From Planctomycetota bacterium (GTDB taxonomy: Bacteria; Planctomycetota; UBA8108; SXIK01): a stretch of DNA of 64,000 nucleotides. The stretch spans positions 1,568,001 through 1,632,000 of the forward strand of contig OZ244999.1 in the NCBI GenBank assembly GCA_965223265.1, given 5' to 3'. Shown in pieces: positions 20,506 through 30,366 of this stretch. The translations under genes were made by a program, and so were the position numbers. The notes below the pieces were generated by a model, which had not been told where the DNA came from, did no database searches, and saw nothing but the letters and a program-made list of their open reading frames with translations. Each line of letters opens with the position of its first letter. Within the stretch, counting starts at the first letter, position 1.

Positions 20506-21633
20506 TTACCGAGCGTCCCCTCGGTCGAACACCGCGCGCGCATACTCCGCGCTCGCTAGGTCGAGCTGCTGCTGCGCCACGACAGGCAGCGCGATCTTCG
20601 TGCCGCCGAAGTTGTCGGTGACGTGTTCGACTTTTTCCGCGCCAGCGAGCACCGTGGTGATCTCCGGGCGGGAGAGTGCCCAGGCGATGCAGACCTGCGC
20701 ACGCGTTGCACCGATGTCGCGGGCGACCGCATCGAGCGCGTCGCGGACTTTCTCCATCGGGTTCCCTGGTTCGATCGGGCGCATTAGCCGGCCTTCCGAA
20801 AGAGGGCTGAACGCCATGATGCCGAGGTTGCCGTGGCGAATGAGCGGAAAGAGCTCCTTTTCGGCGAAGATGCCGCGGTCCCCTGCGGCGATGTTGTAGT
20901 AGTCCTGCAGGCTCGCCAGGGGCGCGAATCCTGGCTCGCGGCTCTTCGCGATCATGGCGGCGATCGATGCGGGCGGGTGATTTGAAACGCCCCAGTAGCG
21001 AATCTTGCCTGACTTGACGAGGGCGCTCATCGACTCGACGATCTCTTCGGGTGGGGTGACGTCATCAGGACCGTGCAGCGAATAGATATCGATGGAATCG
21101 GTGCCGAGACGCCGGAGGCTGCCTTCGCAGTGCTTGAAGAGGCGCTCGCGCGTGAATGGCATGCGAGGAGTGTCGGGTCCATCCGTTTCAGGAATCTTGG
21201 TCGAAATGACGATGCGATCCCTTTTGCCCTTCACGGCGACGCCGAGGAGCTCTTCGGCTCCGCCCCAGCCGTAAGCTTCAGCAGTGTCGAAGAAGTTCAC
21301 GCCGATGTCGATGGCGTGTTCGAGCACACGCCGACCGAGCTCGTTTTCTTTGCTGCGTCCCTTCGGTCCCATCTCCCGAAACGCCGTCCCTTGGCAGAGT
21401 CGCGAAACGTAGAGGTCGGTGTGGCCGTAGCGAACGCGATCGCCGCTGGATCCACTGGAGAAGTGGCGGCAGCCGCTCAGTCCGCCGACGAACGCTGCGC
21501 CGGCCAATGCGGCGCAGGATTTCAGGAAGTCGCGACGGTCGGCGCTGGCGGGCCGCTGTTCTCGCGGCGAGCGCGCTGGCGCGGTGGTGGATTGTTTCGT
21601 GTCGGTCGTCGGGCGGTGAGTCGTCTCGGTCAT
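20506..21633 (-). CDS. Aldo/keto reductase with Tat signal
   Basis: DRRDFLK twin-arginine motif; FFDTAEAYG, ISTK, SLRRLGTDSIDIYSLH, GKIRYWGVSN, FSPL motifs. Confidence 0.93.
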   Translation of the reverse strand: MTETTHRPTTDTKQSTTAPARSPREQRPASADRRDFLKSCAALAGAAFVGGLSGCRHFSSGSSGDRVRYGHTDLYVSRLCQGTAFREMGPKGRSKENELGRRVLEHAIDIGVNFFDTAEAYGWGGAEELLGVAVKGKRDRIVISTKIPETDGPDTPRMPFTRERLFKHCEGSLRRLGTDSIDIYSLHGPDDVTPPEEIVESMSALVKSGKIRYWGVSNHPPASIAAMIAKSREPGFAPLASLQDYYNIAAGDRGIFAEKELFPLIRHGNLGIMAFSPLSEGRLMRPIEPGNPMEKVRDALDAVARDIGATRAQVCIAWALSRPEITTVLAGAEKVEHVTDNFGGTKIALPVVAQQQLDLASAEYARAVFDRGDAR

Positions 21634-21774
21634 GTCAGGTCCCGTTGAAGGTCCGTAGGCAGCGTGCGTGAGGAGGTTGACCTTACTTATGCCACCTGGC
21701 TGCTGGCGTCAACGGTGAACCAGGAGCGCTCAACGGTATACCCCCCAAAAGAAGCACATGCCGTCACGCATCGC

Positions 21775-22149
21775 TCACGACGTGACGTCCCCCGGCGACC
21801 TGGCTTGTGGAGCCACCTCTTCACCCGAGCGCCGCAGCCGACCGGTGATGAGCAGCGGCCAGACGACGACTCCTACGGCGGTTGCCCCCAGCAGTCCGCA
21901 CTCGCCGAACCAGTTCGCGTAGACGATCTGCCTGTATTCGTACAGCGGTTGGCATCCATCGTCACCGCAGGCGAATCCCATGGCCACCGGCGACCTGGCG
22001 AAAGCAAACTCCCGTTTGTGGAGAATCCCGCTGGAGGTCTGTCCAAAGTCCTCGACCGGCGGAAAGAGAACACTCAGAAGGAGCAAGCATCCGGCCATCG
22101 CGAGGAGCGCTCTTTGGCCGAACCCGAGTTGAAGAAGGAATCGTCGCAT
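21775..22149 (-). CDS. Small hypothetical membrane protein (2 TM)
   Basis: ATG at 22149 with GGAGG RBS; two hydrophobic segments; the longer ORF-track start runs through a REP doublet. Confidence 0.6.
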   Translation of the reverse strand: MRRFLLQLGFGQRALLAMAGCLLLLSVLFPPVEDFGQTSSGILHKREFAFARSPVAMGFACGDDGCQPLYEYRQIVYANWFGECGLLGATAVGVVVWPLLITGRLRRSGEEVAPQARSPGDVTS

Positions 22150-22243
22150 CGTTCGTGCCTCCAGGAAACTGAATCGAACTCTACCTCTCAAGACGGTCGA
22201 GGCAGGCGGTTTCTTAGTCTCGAGTTTTTCGCTTCTGCGCAGC

Positions 22244-22317
22244 AAAGTAGCAGGCACACTCCGTGTGCCGTTCCCTCTTTTCTCCGGCCACGGCCCACAG
22301 AGTGTGCCTGCTACTTT
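22244..22317. repeat. REP doublet (REPIN): two inverted GTAG-type REPs
   Basis: AAAGTAGCAGGCACACTCCGTGTGCCGT (22244-22271) and inverted ACGGCCCACAGAGTGTGCCTGCTACTTT (22290-22317) with an 18-nt spacer. Confidence 0.85.
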
Positions 22318-22567
22318 CAGTTTGTCCGCAGCCACTCTCACGGGCAGCTCGTAGGGCAATCCACGCGTGTCGCCGCGTGTTCTCGACCTGCATTTACGTG
22401 GACTCTTGCGCCGTTCAGGGGTGTAGAATGGCGTCACAAAACCTCACGCGTCCCAGTCCCAGCTAGCCGACTTCATGGCGGGCTCGGATAGGTGTGGGCG
22501 CGCCTCTGCCGAATGACCGAAGTTCCGTCTGATCATCGTCACTCGAGTTCTCGATAGGAGATGATTC

Positions 22568-23482
22568 ATGCGCACCTCACAAGCGATCGGCATCTTGGGA
22601 GCGACCTTGCTCTCCGTGTTTCCTACGCGCGGCGGCAGCTCACTCAAGGCGCAGACGACGTTCGTGCGCGGCGACGTCGACGTCGACGGATCTCTCAGTG
22701 TGACTGACGCCGTGCGCATCCTGCGGCATCTCTTTGCAACGCGGCCGGTCCAGCTCGACTGTGCCGACGCGGCGGATGTTGATGACAACGGGCGTCTGCA
22801 GGTGACCGATGCGATCGCGCTGCTGAGTTTTCTTTTCGCCAGCGGCACCGAGCTGGCAGCGCCGTTTCCCACCTGTGGTGCGGATCTCACTCTTGATGAC
22901 TTGGGGTGTGAGTTCGCGCCGCCGTGCGGGGAATTGTCCTTCGCGGGCCTGCCACTCAAAGGAGACGGCCTCTTTTTCGTCGTCGATCGATCCGGATCGA
23001 TGCAGGACGAGGGAGAGTTAGCGATCGCCAAGCGAGAACTTGTCCGCACCTTGAGCCACCTTCCGCCTGACTATGAATTCAGCATTGTTTTCTTCGACCA
23101 AGGGCTCGTTCAGTTTCCGGCGGACGGGAGTCCATTCTCCGCCACGCCTGAGAACATCGAGGCTGCCGTTGAGTGGGTCGCTTCCGTTCCGGGCAGCGGC
23201 GGCACGTGTCCACAGCGGGGGCTCCTGAGCGCTTTAGACACCGCGACGAGGTCGACGGCAGACCAAAAGGAGATCGTCTTCGTCGGCGACGGCGGCGCCG
23301 TGTGCGGCGGCGACAACGAGTTTTTGCATCTGCAGGAGACGCTTTCCGTGGTCGGTGAGCAGAACACCGAGGGCGTGACGATCGACAGCGTCGGCATCCT
23401 CGACCTCGGCGTCACCCAGCGGGAGTTTTTGCGAAAACTCGCCGCGCAAAACGGCGGCGAATTTGTGCAGTTCTCGCTCTAG
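22568..23482 (+). CDS. Secreted dockerin + von Willebrand factor A domain protein
   Basis: Signal peptide; FVRGDVDVDGSLSVTDAV...CADAADVDDNGRLQVTDAI dockerin; MIDAS DRSGS, GGT, FVGDG, FLRKLAAQNGG. Confidence 0.9.
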   Translation: MRTSQAIGILGATLLSVFPTRGGSSLKAQTTFVRGDVDVDGSLSVTDAVRILRHLFATRPVQLDCADAADVDDNGRLQVTDAIALLSFLFASGTELAAPFPTCGADLTLDDLGCEFAPPCGELSFAGLPLKGDGLFFVVDRSGSMQDEGELAIAKRELVRTLSHLPPDYEFSIVFFDQGLVQFPADGSPFSATPENIEAAVEWVASVPGSGGTCPQRGLLSALDTATRSTADQKEIVFVGDGGAVCGGDNEFLHLQETLSVVGEQNTEGVTIDSVGILDLGVTQREFLRKLAAQNGGEFVQFSL

Positions 23483-23528
23483 GACGACCCGCGCCGCAGC
23501 ATTGAGCAGCTCTCGATCGAGGGGCGCA

Positions 23529-24005
23529 ATGAAACGCCAACGCAACTCCGCTCTCGTTTGGTGGTTGCTCGTTTGCCCATTTCTCATTCTGCGTCTTCTT
23601 GCTGGCGAGCAGCCGGCGATTGCGGGGCCGAGTCCAATGCGTCCGCTTCTGCTGGCCCTCGCTGGCGCGTTCCTTGGAAGCTTCATCCTTTTTGGCCTCA
23701 TCGCGTTTGTCTTCGGGATTTCCGCCATGAGTCTACCGTGCCGCCAAAAGCTCGCGGCTTTACGTTGGCGAGTTGTCGGCACGCTAGGGATGGGGTTGTC
23801 CTATGGAGCTGGCGGGGCAGCCTGGGAGTTTTCAGACAAATTGGACTTCCCGCACAACCTGACCGTACTTCTCGTTGTCAGCGTTGTCATTGGCTTCTTC
23901 ACAACCGAGTGCGGGCAGGCGCTTCTGCGCATCCAAAGAATCAACCGGCGTCTGTGGGGGCAAGATCTTCACGGCGAGCCAACGGAGACGGAACGCAACC
24001 CGTAG
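23529..24005 (+). CDS. Hypothetical membrane protein, homologous to the C-terminal TM domain of 25770-26792 and 29196-30308
   Basis: Shared motifs CRQKLAALRWRV and ALLRIQRINRRLW. Confidence 0.7.
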   Translation: MKRQRNSALVWWLLVCPFLILRLLAGEQPAIAGPSPMRPLLLALAGAFLGSFILFGLIAFVFGISAMSLPCRQKLAALRWRVVGTLGMGLSYGAGGAAWEFSDKLDFPHNLTVLLVVSVVIGFFTTECGQALLRIQRINRRLWGQDLHGEPTETERNP

Positions 24006-24044
24006 GCGACTGATCGTTCCGGTTGGCGGTGGCATTTCCCGCGC

Positions 24045-24211
24045 TTAACAGCCGGTTGAAAAAGTCATTCGGCCGAGAAACTGGCCTCTTCACGCCCAGA
24101 TCGACCGCGGCGAGCCTCGAAAATCTCGGAGATTACCTGCGTTCGCCGCGACCGATCTGGACGCGAAGCGACCAGTTTTCGACTCGAAGCACTTTTTCAA
24201 CAGGCTGTTAA
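24045..24211. mobile_element. 167-bp MITE-like fold-back element
   Basis: Ends TTAACAGCCGGTTGAAAAAGT and ACTTTTTCAACAGGCTGTTAA form a 20/21 inverted repeat including TTAA at both ends; the interior is also an imperfect inverted repeat. Confidence 0.75.
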
Positions 24212-24663
24212 CACGCAACGAGCGCTGTTCGGACGAATTCCGAGTTCGTTGTGAGACTCGACGGAAGCGACGCTCGGCGCTCCGCGCGAGGACTTTCGGC
24301 AACGCAGCCTCCCTCGGGCCGGAGTCTGAGCGATCGGACGAGCTCGTAGCTCAGGCGATCGATTCCACCCCAGAAGGAACTGCGCCTGACTCTCAGCGAC
24401 GATTTTTCACTTTCCTCGTGGTTCTTTTCCCCACACGATAAAGATCCACGCGGCAGTTCATTTCGGTGCGGCGATGGGTGTCCGAGTGTGACGCCCCCAA
24501 AAATCATGGGCGGAATGAAAACGGGGGACAGGCTGTGTGAGGAAAGGCGGAGTTTTTTCGACTTCGTACCTCGCCTCATCGTGGACGTTCACGCGCCGCT
24601 TGCCGCAGGACGGACAGGGCACACGGTCGATTTCGAGTGAGCAGCTACCGGCACAGGAGACAG

Positions 24664-25773
24664 ATGAAACGCCAAGGCAACTGGACTCTCATTTGGATGT
24701 TTATTCTGTTCAACTTTGTCCTTCTGTTTGACCTGTATTTGAGACGACGCGACACGACGGACATGCTGTCCGACTTCTCGCGCACCAAGATCGAAGCGAC
24801 GGTGGAGACACTGCGGAGCCGGCTCGAATTTCTCGAACTGGGCATGCAGTTTCTTGCGGCGAACAACTCCGGCACAGCCACCGGAGGTACTACGGCAGGC
24901 CCAATCGCACCGGTGGGCGCGACGCCGTCTGGAGGACAGAACGACCCTCTGGATGCGAGCCCTGTTTCATCGAACCCGCCCGGAGGCGTTGATGCAGCGG
25001 CACTCGCAGGAATTCAACTGCCGGCGGATCCGACGCGCGAGCAGGTCGTCGACTACGTGCGCAGGATCTGTGAAGTCTCGAGTCGACAGACGCGGTTTAC
25101 GTCCAGTGATCCGCAGATTTGGCTGTTGTCACGCGTTGGGCCTGAGAACTTTCATGTTCTCCTCCAGTTCTATGACCGTCAGCTATCCATCTACTTCGAT
25201 CGTGTGCTTGGCGCTTTTGCACGCGAGGAGCACAAGCAAGCTGTAATCGAAGCCTTGCGCCTTAAGAGCGGTTTGGTCCGTCTCGTCGTCGAAATGGGGT
25301 GGGAGGCCGATGCGCGTGAAGTCTTGTTCAGCGAGCTCAAGCGCCAGCCGAGCGACCTGCCAACGGACTGGATCAAGGCGGTCGCGCGACTCCCCAATCC
25401 GCCGTATGACGATCTGCTCGAGTATCTTCGGACGGGTCTCAACAAGAGATATACGTACGAAGCGTTGGAGACGCTTCCGAAGATCGATCTCGACGCATCG
25501 ATCGCTGATGTGTGGAAGCGACGCGAGGGCCGCGATGGGGAACTTGCGGCGATCGCGATGGCGCATGGTCACACAGAGGCGATCGGGGAATTGATCGAGG
25601 CGCTGCCGTTCGAGCATCCGTACCGGCGCCACCGTTTGCTGGAGGCGATCTATCGCCACCTACCCGTCCGTGGTGGCGAAAAAGAGATCACCGCATGGTT
25701 CCACAAGCACAAGGACCGTTTGAGGTGGGATGCGGGTGAGCGAGAGTACGTCACCGAAGGAGAAGACCCGTGA
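24664..25773 (+). CDS. Hypothetical membrane-anchored alpha-helical protein (module A, copy 1)
   Basis: AGGAGA RBS; N-terminal TM; strong paralog at 28129-29199. Confidence 0.8.
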   Translation: MKRQGNWTLIWMFILFNFVLLFDLYLRRRDTTDMLSDFSRTKIEATVETLRSRLEFLELGMQFLAANNSGTATGGTTAGPIAPVGATPSGGQNDPLDASPVSSNPPGGVDAAALAGIQLPADPTREQVVDYVRRICEVSSRQTRFTSSDPQIWLLSRVGPENFHVLLQFYDRQLSIYFDRVLGAFAREEHKQAVIEALRLKSGLVRLVVEMGWEADAREVLFSELKRQPSDLPTDWIKAVARLPNPPYDDLLEYLRTGLNKRYTYEALETLPKIDLDASIADVWKRREGRDGELAAIAMAHGHTEAIGELIEALPFEHPYRRHRLLEAIYRHLPVRGGEKEITAWFHKHKDRLRWDAGEREYVTEGEDP

Positions 25774-26792
25774 CGCGGTATCGGGGTCGTGGTAGGTCAC
25801 GGCCAGCGAGCGCCGCGCACACTGGGATCCCCTGGGGGCGAACGGGTTTTCTGCGTGCCAGCGTGCTTTGCGCTCTGATCGCGTTTTTTTGGGGGACCGC
25901 TTGCGCGCCAAGTCCCATTGAGGGCGGCGGTCTTTTTGGCCCTCGTTTTCGGATCACCAACCTCTTTGGTTGGGTTGCATTCGAGAGAGATGATTGGCGG
26001 CGAATGAGCAGGCGCCAAAAAAAGCGGGTGGCGAGGCCGGGCGGGCCAGAGATCAGCTGCTCGCTAAGCGCTCCCAAGGAGGGCTCGACGAGCATGAGGC
26101 AGGCACCCGCCATGGTCTATGTGACGGAGATCCCCTTCACCTCACGCGGCGTCACCTTGGCGAATTACCTAGCGTTCTTTAAGCACTGCGGCTTATCAGT
26201 GAGCGCGGTCAACCTCGGACAGGCGAACGGTTTCCTCGTTCAAGGGGCTGGCGGTCCGATCGCGACCGGGCTTCCGGGGTATGTCTCCGAAGTGTTTTTG
26301 ATCCCTTCGGGAGACAAAGTGGTGCGGATTGACTGTGCCGCGGCGCCGGAGCGCTACCGCGAGTTCAAGTCGAAGTTCCAGGCGATCCTCGCGACGTTTC
26401 AGTGGGTGACTGGCGGCTACGTTCCCGGCAGCCTCCAGTTGCTGGGTCAGAGTCAAGAGCGCAAGCTTCAGGTGCGCCTCGCCGCTTGGTTTGCTGGAAT
26501 CGGAGGCCTCGCTGGAGTCATCGCGCTGATGGTCGGATGTACTGCCATGGGTCGGCCGTGTCGTCAGAGGCTCGTGGCCTTGCATTGGCGCGTCATCGTC
26601 ATGCTGGTGATGGTGTTGTCCTTCGGCGCTGCCGCATCTGCCGAGTTTCTTCCGTATGGCGATTGGGACTTTCGCGGCGGTCTTGCCGTGCCTCTTGCGC
26701 TTTGTGTTTTTCTCGGCACCTTCACCGTAGAGTCTTCGAAGGCGCTGCTGCGCCTCCGCAGAATCAACCGCCGTCTATGGAGTTCTTCGTGA
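25770..26792 (+). CDS. Hypothetical protein: signal/lipobox-like GTAC, PsbP/DcrB-like segment, 3 C-terminal TM (module B, copy 1)
   Basis: GTGA overlap with upstream gene; strong paralog at 29196-30308. Confidence 0.75.
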   Translation: MTRYRGRGRSRPASAAHTGIPWGRTGFLRASVLCALIAFFWGTACAPSPIEGGGLFGPRFRITNLFGWVAFERDDWRRMSRRQKKRVARPGGPEISCSLSAPKEGSTSMRQAPAMVYVTEIPFTSRGVTLANYLAFFKHCGLSVSAVNLGQANGFLVQGAGGPIATGLPGYVSEVFLIPSGDKVVRIDCAAAPERYREFKSKFQAILATFQWVTGGYVPGSLQLLGQSQERKLQVRLAAWFAGIGGLAGVIALMVGCTAMGRPCRQRLVALHWRVIVMLVMVLSFGAAASAEFLPYGDWDFRGGLAVPLALCVFLGTFTVESSKALLRLRRINRRLWSSS

Positions 26793-27005
26793 CAGGTTCA
26801 CGCTTTTTCGTCGACGGACCTCGGCCAGCGTCACTTGAAAACGCGACAGATCGGCGCTATCACCAAGGGGTGCTTCGGGGGAGCGTGAGATCGAGACACC
26901 GCGATAGGAAGTCGTGACGCGGAGTGAACGTCAAGGAACGCGTACGATGCGAGTCGAGACGAACACACGTTCCATCATGTCGGCCGAGCACGAAAGGAGG
27001 CACCG

Positions 27006-27899
27006 ATGGCGAGCGAAGGCGGCAGGCCGAGTCGCGGCGATCTAACCCCCGAGACTATGGTTGAGAGGCCCTCGCGTAATCATCGGCGGCCTGCGATTCT
27101 TCTCGTCGTCGTGGTGTCGATGCCTCTCGCAGCGCTTCTCTTGTTCATGGCCAAGCAGAGCTTCGATCGCTCGGTGAGTCGCGCGCTCGGTGAAGGGCTC
27201 GCGGACACTGCGTCCCGCGCGAAGGAAGCGATTTCGCGTTGGGACGGGGAGGACTGGCAGAAAGTGTATCGAGCCGCTGGAGCCGTTTTCGATTTGACGA
27301 CTCTGGGCAAGGAGGTCGAGCGGCTGCCCTTACCCTGCAGTGCATTCGACCAAGTGGTCACGGCGACGAAACGGACTCTTCGTCAGGAGGACGTCTTGAC
27401 CGCGGCGTTGACGCATTGGATGCGACAGGACCTCCTCGAGAGGGTGGAGGCACCGTCGACCAGCGCAAGGCCTTTGGCGGATCTCGCCACCCTAGAAATC
27501 CTTGAGTTTGCTCGCCGGCAGAGCCTCGGCGAGAAAGGACGGGCGGAGCTCGGGCGAGCAGAGCACGCGGTCGCGCGTGCAGTGGCAGCTGCTCCGATTC
27601 ATTGGCGGCCTCGTTTTCTACAAGCCGCGCTGAAGTACCTGGAGTCATACGGTAAGCCGCATCATGACGAGGCGATTCGCGCGTTCGAGGAGCTCCTGGA
27701 TCGCCAGGCATCCGAGCCGCGGCGAGACGAACACGTCTGGACCTATCTTTTCCTCGGGAATCTCTATCTCGAAGCGCGCTCGAGGATCGAGGCACGGGAG
27801 ATTTGGCAGAGGGGACTGGAGGTTTTTCCCGAGGACGATCGGCTTTCCGGTCGTCTTCAGCAGTATCCATCGCACTCTTCCACGAGCCGAGGTCTTTGA
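27006..27899 (+). CDS. Membrane-anchored TPR-like protein
   Basis: AGGAGG RBS; one TM; TYLFLGNLYLE...EAREIWQRGLEVFPED TPR-like helix pair. Confidence 0.7.
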   Translation: MASEGGRPSRGDLTPETMVERPSRNHRRPAILLVVVVSMPLAALLLFMAKQSFDRSVSRALGEGLADTASRAKEAISRWDGEDWQKVYRAAGAVFDLTTLGKEVERLPLPCSAFDQVVTATKRTLRQEDVLTAALTHWMRQDLLERVEAPSTSARPLADLATLEILEFARRQSLGEKGRAELGRAEHAVARAVAAAPIHWRPRFLQAALKYLESYGKPHHDEAIRAFEELLDRQASEPRRDEHVWTYLFLGNLYLEARSRIEAREIWQRGLEVFPEDDRLSGRLQQYPSHSSTSRGL

Positions 27900-28128
27900 G
27901 AACTGAGAGCTATCGAAGATCTTGCCTTGAGTTGTTCCGCGGGTGCCGCGAGTCGAAGGGAGCAACATGCGTCGAGCGCTTCTTCAGAGTATGGCTACTG
28001 GATTATCTATGAGCTCCCGCGGCGGCGACCTTCTTGTGCCGTCGGTTTGCTCGCAGACGCTTCGGAGAATACGTGGCGAGCTTGGTTGAGACGTTCGCGA
28101 CCAAATCTGAAAGGAAGGGGGCATCCGA

Positions 28129-29199
28129 ATGGATCCAGAACGCGAGAAAACCGAGTTGAGCAGCCAACGGCAGCGAAACGGTACTAAACTGAGGCCCAGT
28201 GCGAATTTGGTCTGGGCGTTCTGTCTGTGCCTCATCGTCATTCTGTTCGACGGCTATACGAGACGTCGCGATACGCAGCCAGACTTTTCGCTGCGGCTCG
28301 AGCAGTCAGCGATGCAATCACTTCAGAGTCGACTCGAGTTTCTTGAAATAGGAATGCGGTTCGCTACGGCAGACAAGACGAAATTAGCCGCGAACGGCTC
28401 AGGGGGGCCCGATCTGGCGGCGTTAGCGAAAATCCAGCCACCCGTCGATCGGTCACGGGAGCAGCTCGAAGAGTACGTGCGCAAGATCTGTGAGGTCTCG
28501 AGTCGGCAGACGCGATTCAGCTTTCGCGATCCGCAGGTTTGGCTGTTGTCACAGGTGGGGCCGGAGAACTTTGACGTCCTCCTCGAGTTCTATGACCGTC
28601 GCTTATCGTATTACTTCAATCGCGTGCTCGGCGCGTTCGCACGCGAAGAGCACAAGCAAGCTGTGATCGACGCGATGCGGTCCTCGTCTCGTCAGGATTT
28701 GGTCAGCCTCGTCATCGAGAAGGGCTGGGAAGCGGATGCGCGCGAATCCTTGATCAGCAAACTTGAGAGTCAGCCGCGCTACCTTCCGCCGGACTGGATC
28801 AAGGCGATCGCGCGGCTGCCCGATCCGCCGTACGAAGATTTGTTCGAGTATCTTCGGACGGGTATGAATAAGACACAAACATACGAAGCATTGGAATCGC
28901 TTCCAAATATCGATCTCGATGCGTCGATCGCAGACGTGTGGGCACGACGCGAGGGTAGCGACGCGGATCTTGCCGCGATCGCGTTGGCACACGGTCATAC
29001 GGACGCGATCGGGGAATTGATCGGGGAGTTGCCTCTAGCACTCCCGACCGATCGACGACGCCTACGCGAGACGATCGAACGTCATGTGCCGGTTCGCGGT
29101 GGCATCGCAGAAATGACCGCGTGGTTCGAGGTGCACAAGGATCTCCTGAGGTGGGATGCGGGTGAAAGGGAGTACTACATCGAGGGAGACGAACGGTGA
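28129..29199 (+). CDS. Hypothetical membrane-anchored alpha-helical protein (module A, copy 2)
   Basis: ICEVSSRQTRF, DPQxWLLS, LGAFAREEHKQAVI, LRWDAGEREY shared with 24664-25773. Confidence 0.8.
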   Translation: MDPEREKTELSSQRQRNGTKLRPSANLVWAFCLCLIVILFDGYTRRRDTQPDFSLRLEQSAMQSLQSRLEFLEIGMRFATADKTKLAANGSGGPDLAALAKIQPPVDRSREQLEEYVRKICEVSSRQTRFSFRDPQVWLLSQVGPENFDVLLEFYDRRLSYYFNRVLGAFAREEHKQAVIDAMRSSSRQDLVSLVIEKGWEADARESLISKLESQPRYLPPDWIKAIARLPDPPYEDLFEYLRTGMNKTQTYEALESLPNIDLDASIADVWARREGSDADLAAIALAHGHTDAIGELIGELPLALPTDRRRLRETIERHVPVRGGIAEMTAWFEVHKDLLRWDAGEREYYIEGDER

Positions 29200-30308
29200 G
29201 GCGGTATCCGGGGCGCAAAAGGTCGCGGCCGCTCGCTCGTTGGCTTCTTGGACGACGGCGGGCGTTCCGCTCCACTCGGCGGCGCGGACCTGACGGCCGC
29301 TCAGGTTTAACGTCAACGCTGAACCGCTCGGCGGCGATGCTGCCGATCGCCACAACGAGCAAGATCTGCCGGCTACGTAGGGCAATTTCGCGTGTCATCG
29401 TGCTTTGCGCTGCGATTCCGACGCTGGGAACTGCCTGCGCGCCACGCTCCATCGAAGGCGGTGGCCCTGTTGGCCAGCGTTTTCGGATTGACAACGTCTA
29501 CGGTTGGACTGTTTTTCAACGGGATGATCGGGGACGAGCGAAAGAGCGTCAAGACAAGCTGTTGGTGAGACCAGATCGGCCTCAGATCAGCTGCTCGCTG
29601 AGTGCTCCCAAGGGCTTCACGAGAACGAGGCGGACACCCGCCATGGTCTACGTCACGGAGACTTCTTTCCCCCCACTTTACGTCACATTGGCAGATTACA
29701 TGGAGTTCTTCGAGCACTGTGGCTTGACTGTGAGCGCGGTCGACGTCGGGCAGGCAAGTGGTTTCCGCATTCAAGGGGCTGGCGGTCCGATCGCGACCGG
29801 GCTTCCGGGGTATGTCTCCGACGTGTTTTTGATCCCGTCCGGAAACAAGGTCGTGCGAATCGACTGCGCTGCGACGCCAGAGCGCTACGGCGAGTTCAAG
29901 CCGAAGTTCCAGTCGATTCTTGCGACCTTTCAGTGGCTGCCCGGCGGCCTGCGGTTGCCGGGTCAGAGTCAAGAGCGCAAGCTTCAGGTGCAGCTCGCTG
30001 CTTGGTTTGCTGGAAGCGGAGCCTTGTTTGGCGTCGTCGCATTCATCTTTCATTTCGCTGCGATCAATTCATCATGTCGCGAGAAACTCCCGGCCTTGCG
30101 ATGGCACGTCATCGGCATGCTGGTGATGGTGTTGTCCTTTGGTGCAGCTGCCGCGTTTTTCGTGTTTTTCCCAGATGATTGGGATTTTCGCGGCCGTCTT
30201 GCCGCGCCTCTTGCGCTTTGTGTCTTTCTCGGCACCTTCACCATAGAGTCTTCGAAGGCGCTTTTGCGCATCCGCAGGATCAACCGTCGTCTATGGAGTC
30301 CTTCGTGA
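29196..30308 (+). CDS. Hypothetical protein (module B, copy 2)
   Basis: QGAGGPIATGLPGYVS, VVRIDCAA, GQSQERKLQV, ESSKALLR shared with 25770-26792; start uncertain. Confidence 0.75.
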   Translation: MRRYPGRKRSRPLARWLLGRRRAFRSTRRRGPDGRSGLTSTLNRSAAMLPIATTSKICRLRRAISRVIVLCAAIPTLGTACAPRSIEGGGPVGQRFRIDNVYGWTVFQRDDRGRAKERQDKLLVRPDRPQISCSLSAPKGFTRTRRTPAMVYVTETSFPPLYVTLADYMEFFEHCGLTVSAVDVGQASGFRIQGAGGPIATGLPGYVSDVFLIPSGNKVVRIDCAATPERYGEFKPKFQSILATFQWLPGGLRLPGQSQERKLQVQLAAWFAGSGALFGVVAFIFHFAAINSSCREKLPALRWHVIGMLVMVLSFGAAAAFFVFFPDDWDFRGRLAAPLALCVFLGTFTIESSKALLRIRRINRRLWSPS

Positions 30309-30366
30309 CCGACAAATGCAATGAGCTGAGACGGCAGTCTCACAATCTGGCAACGACGAACCGAGT

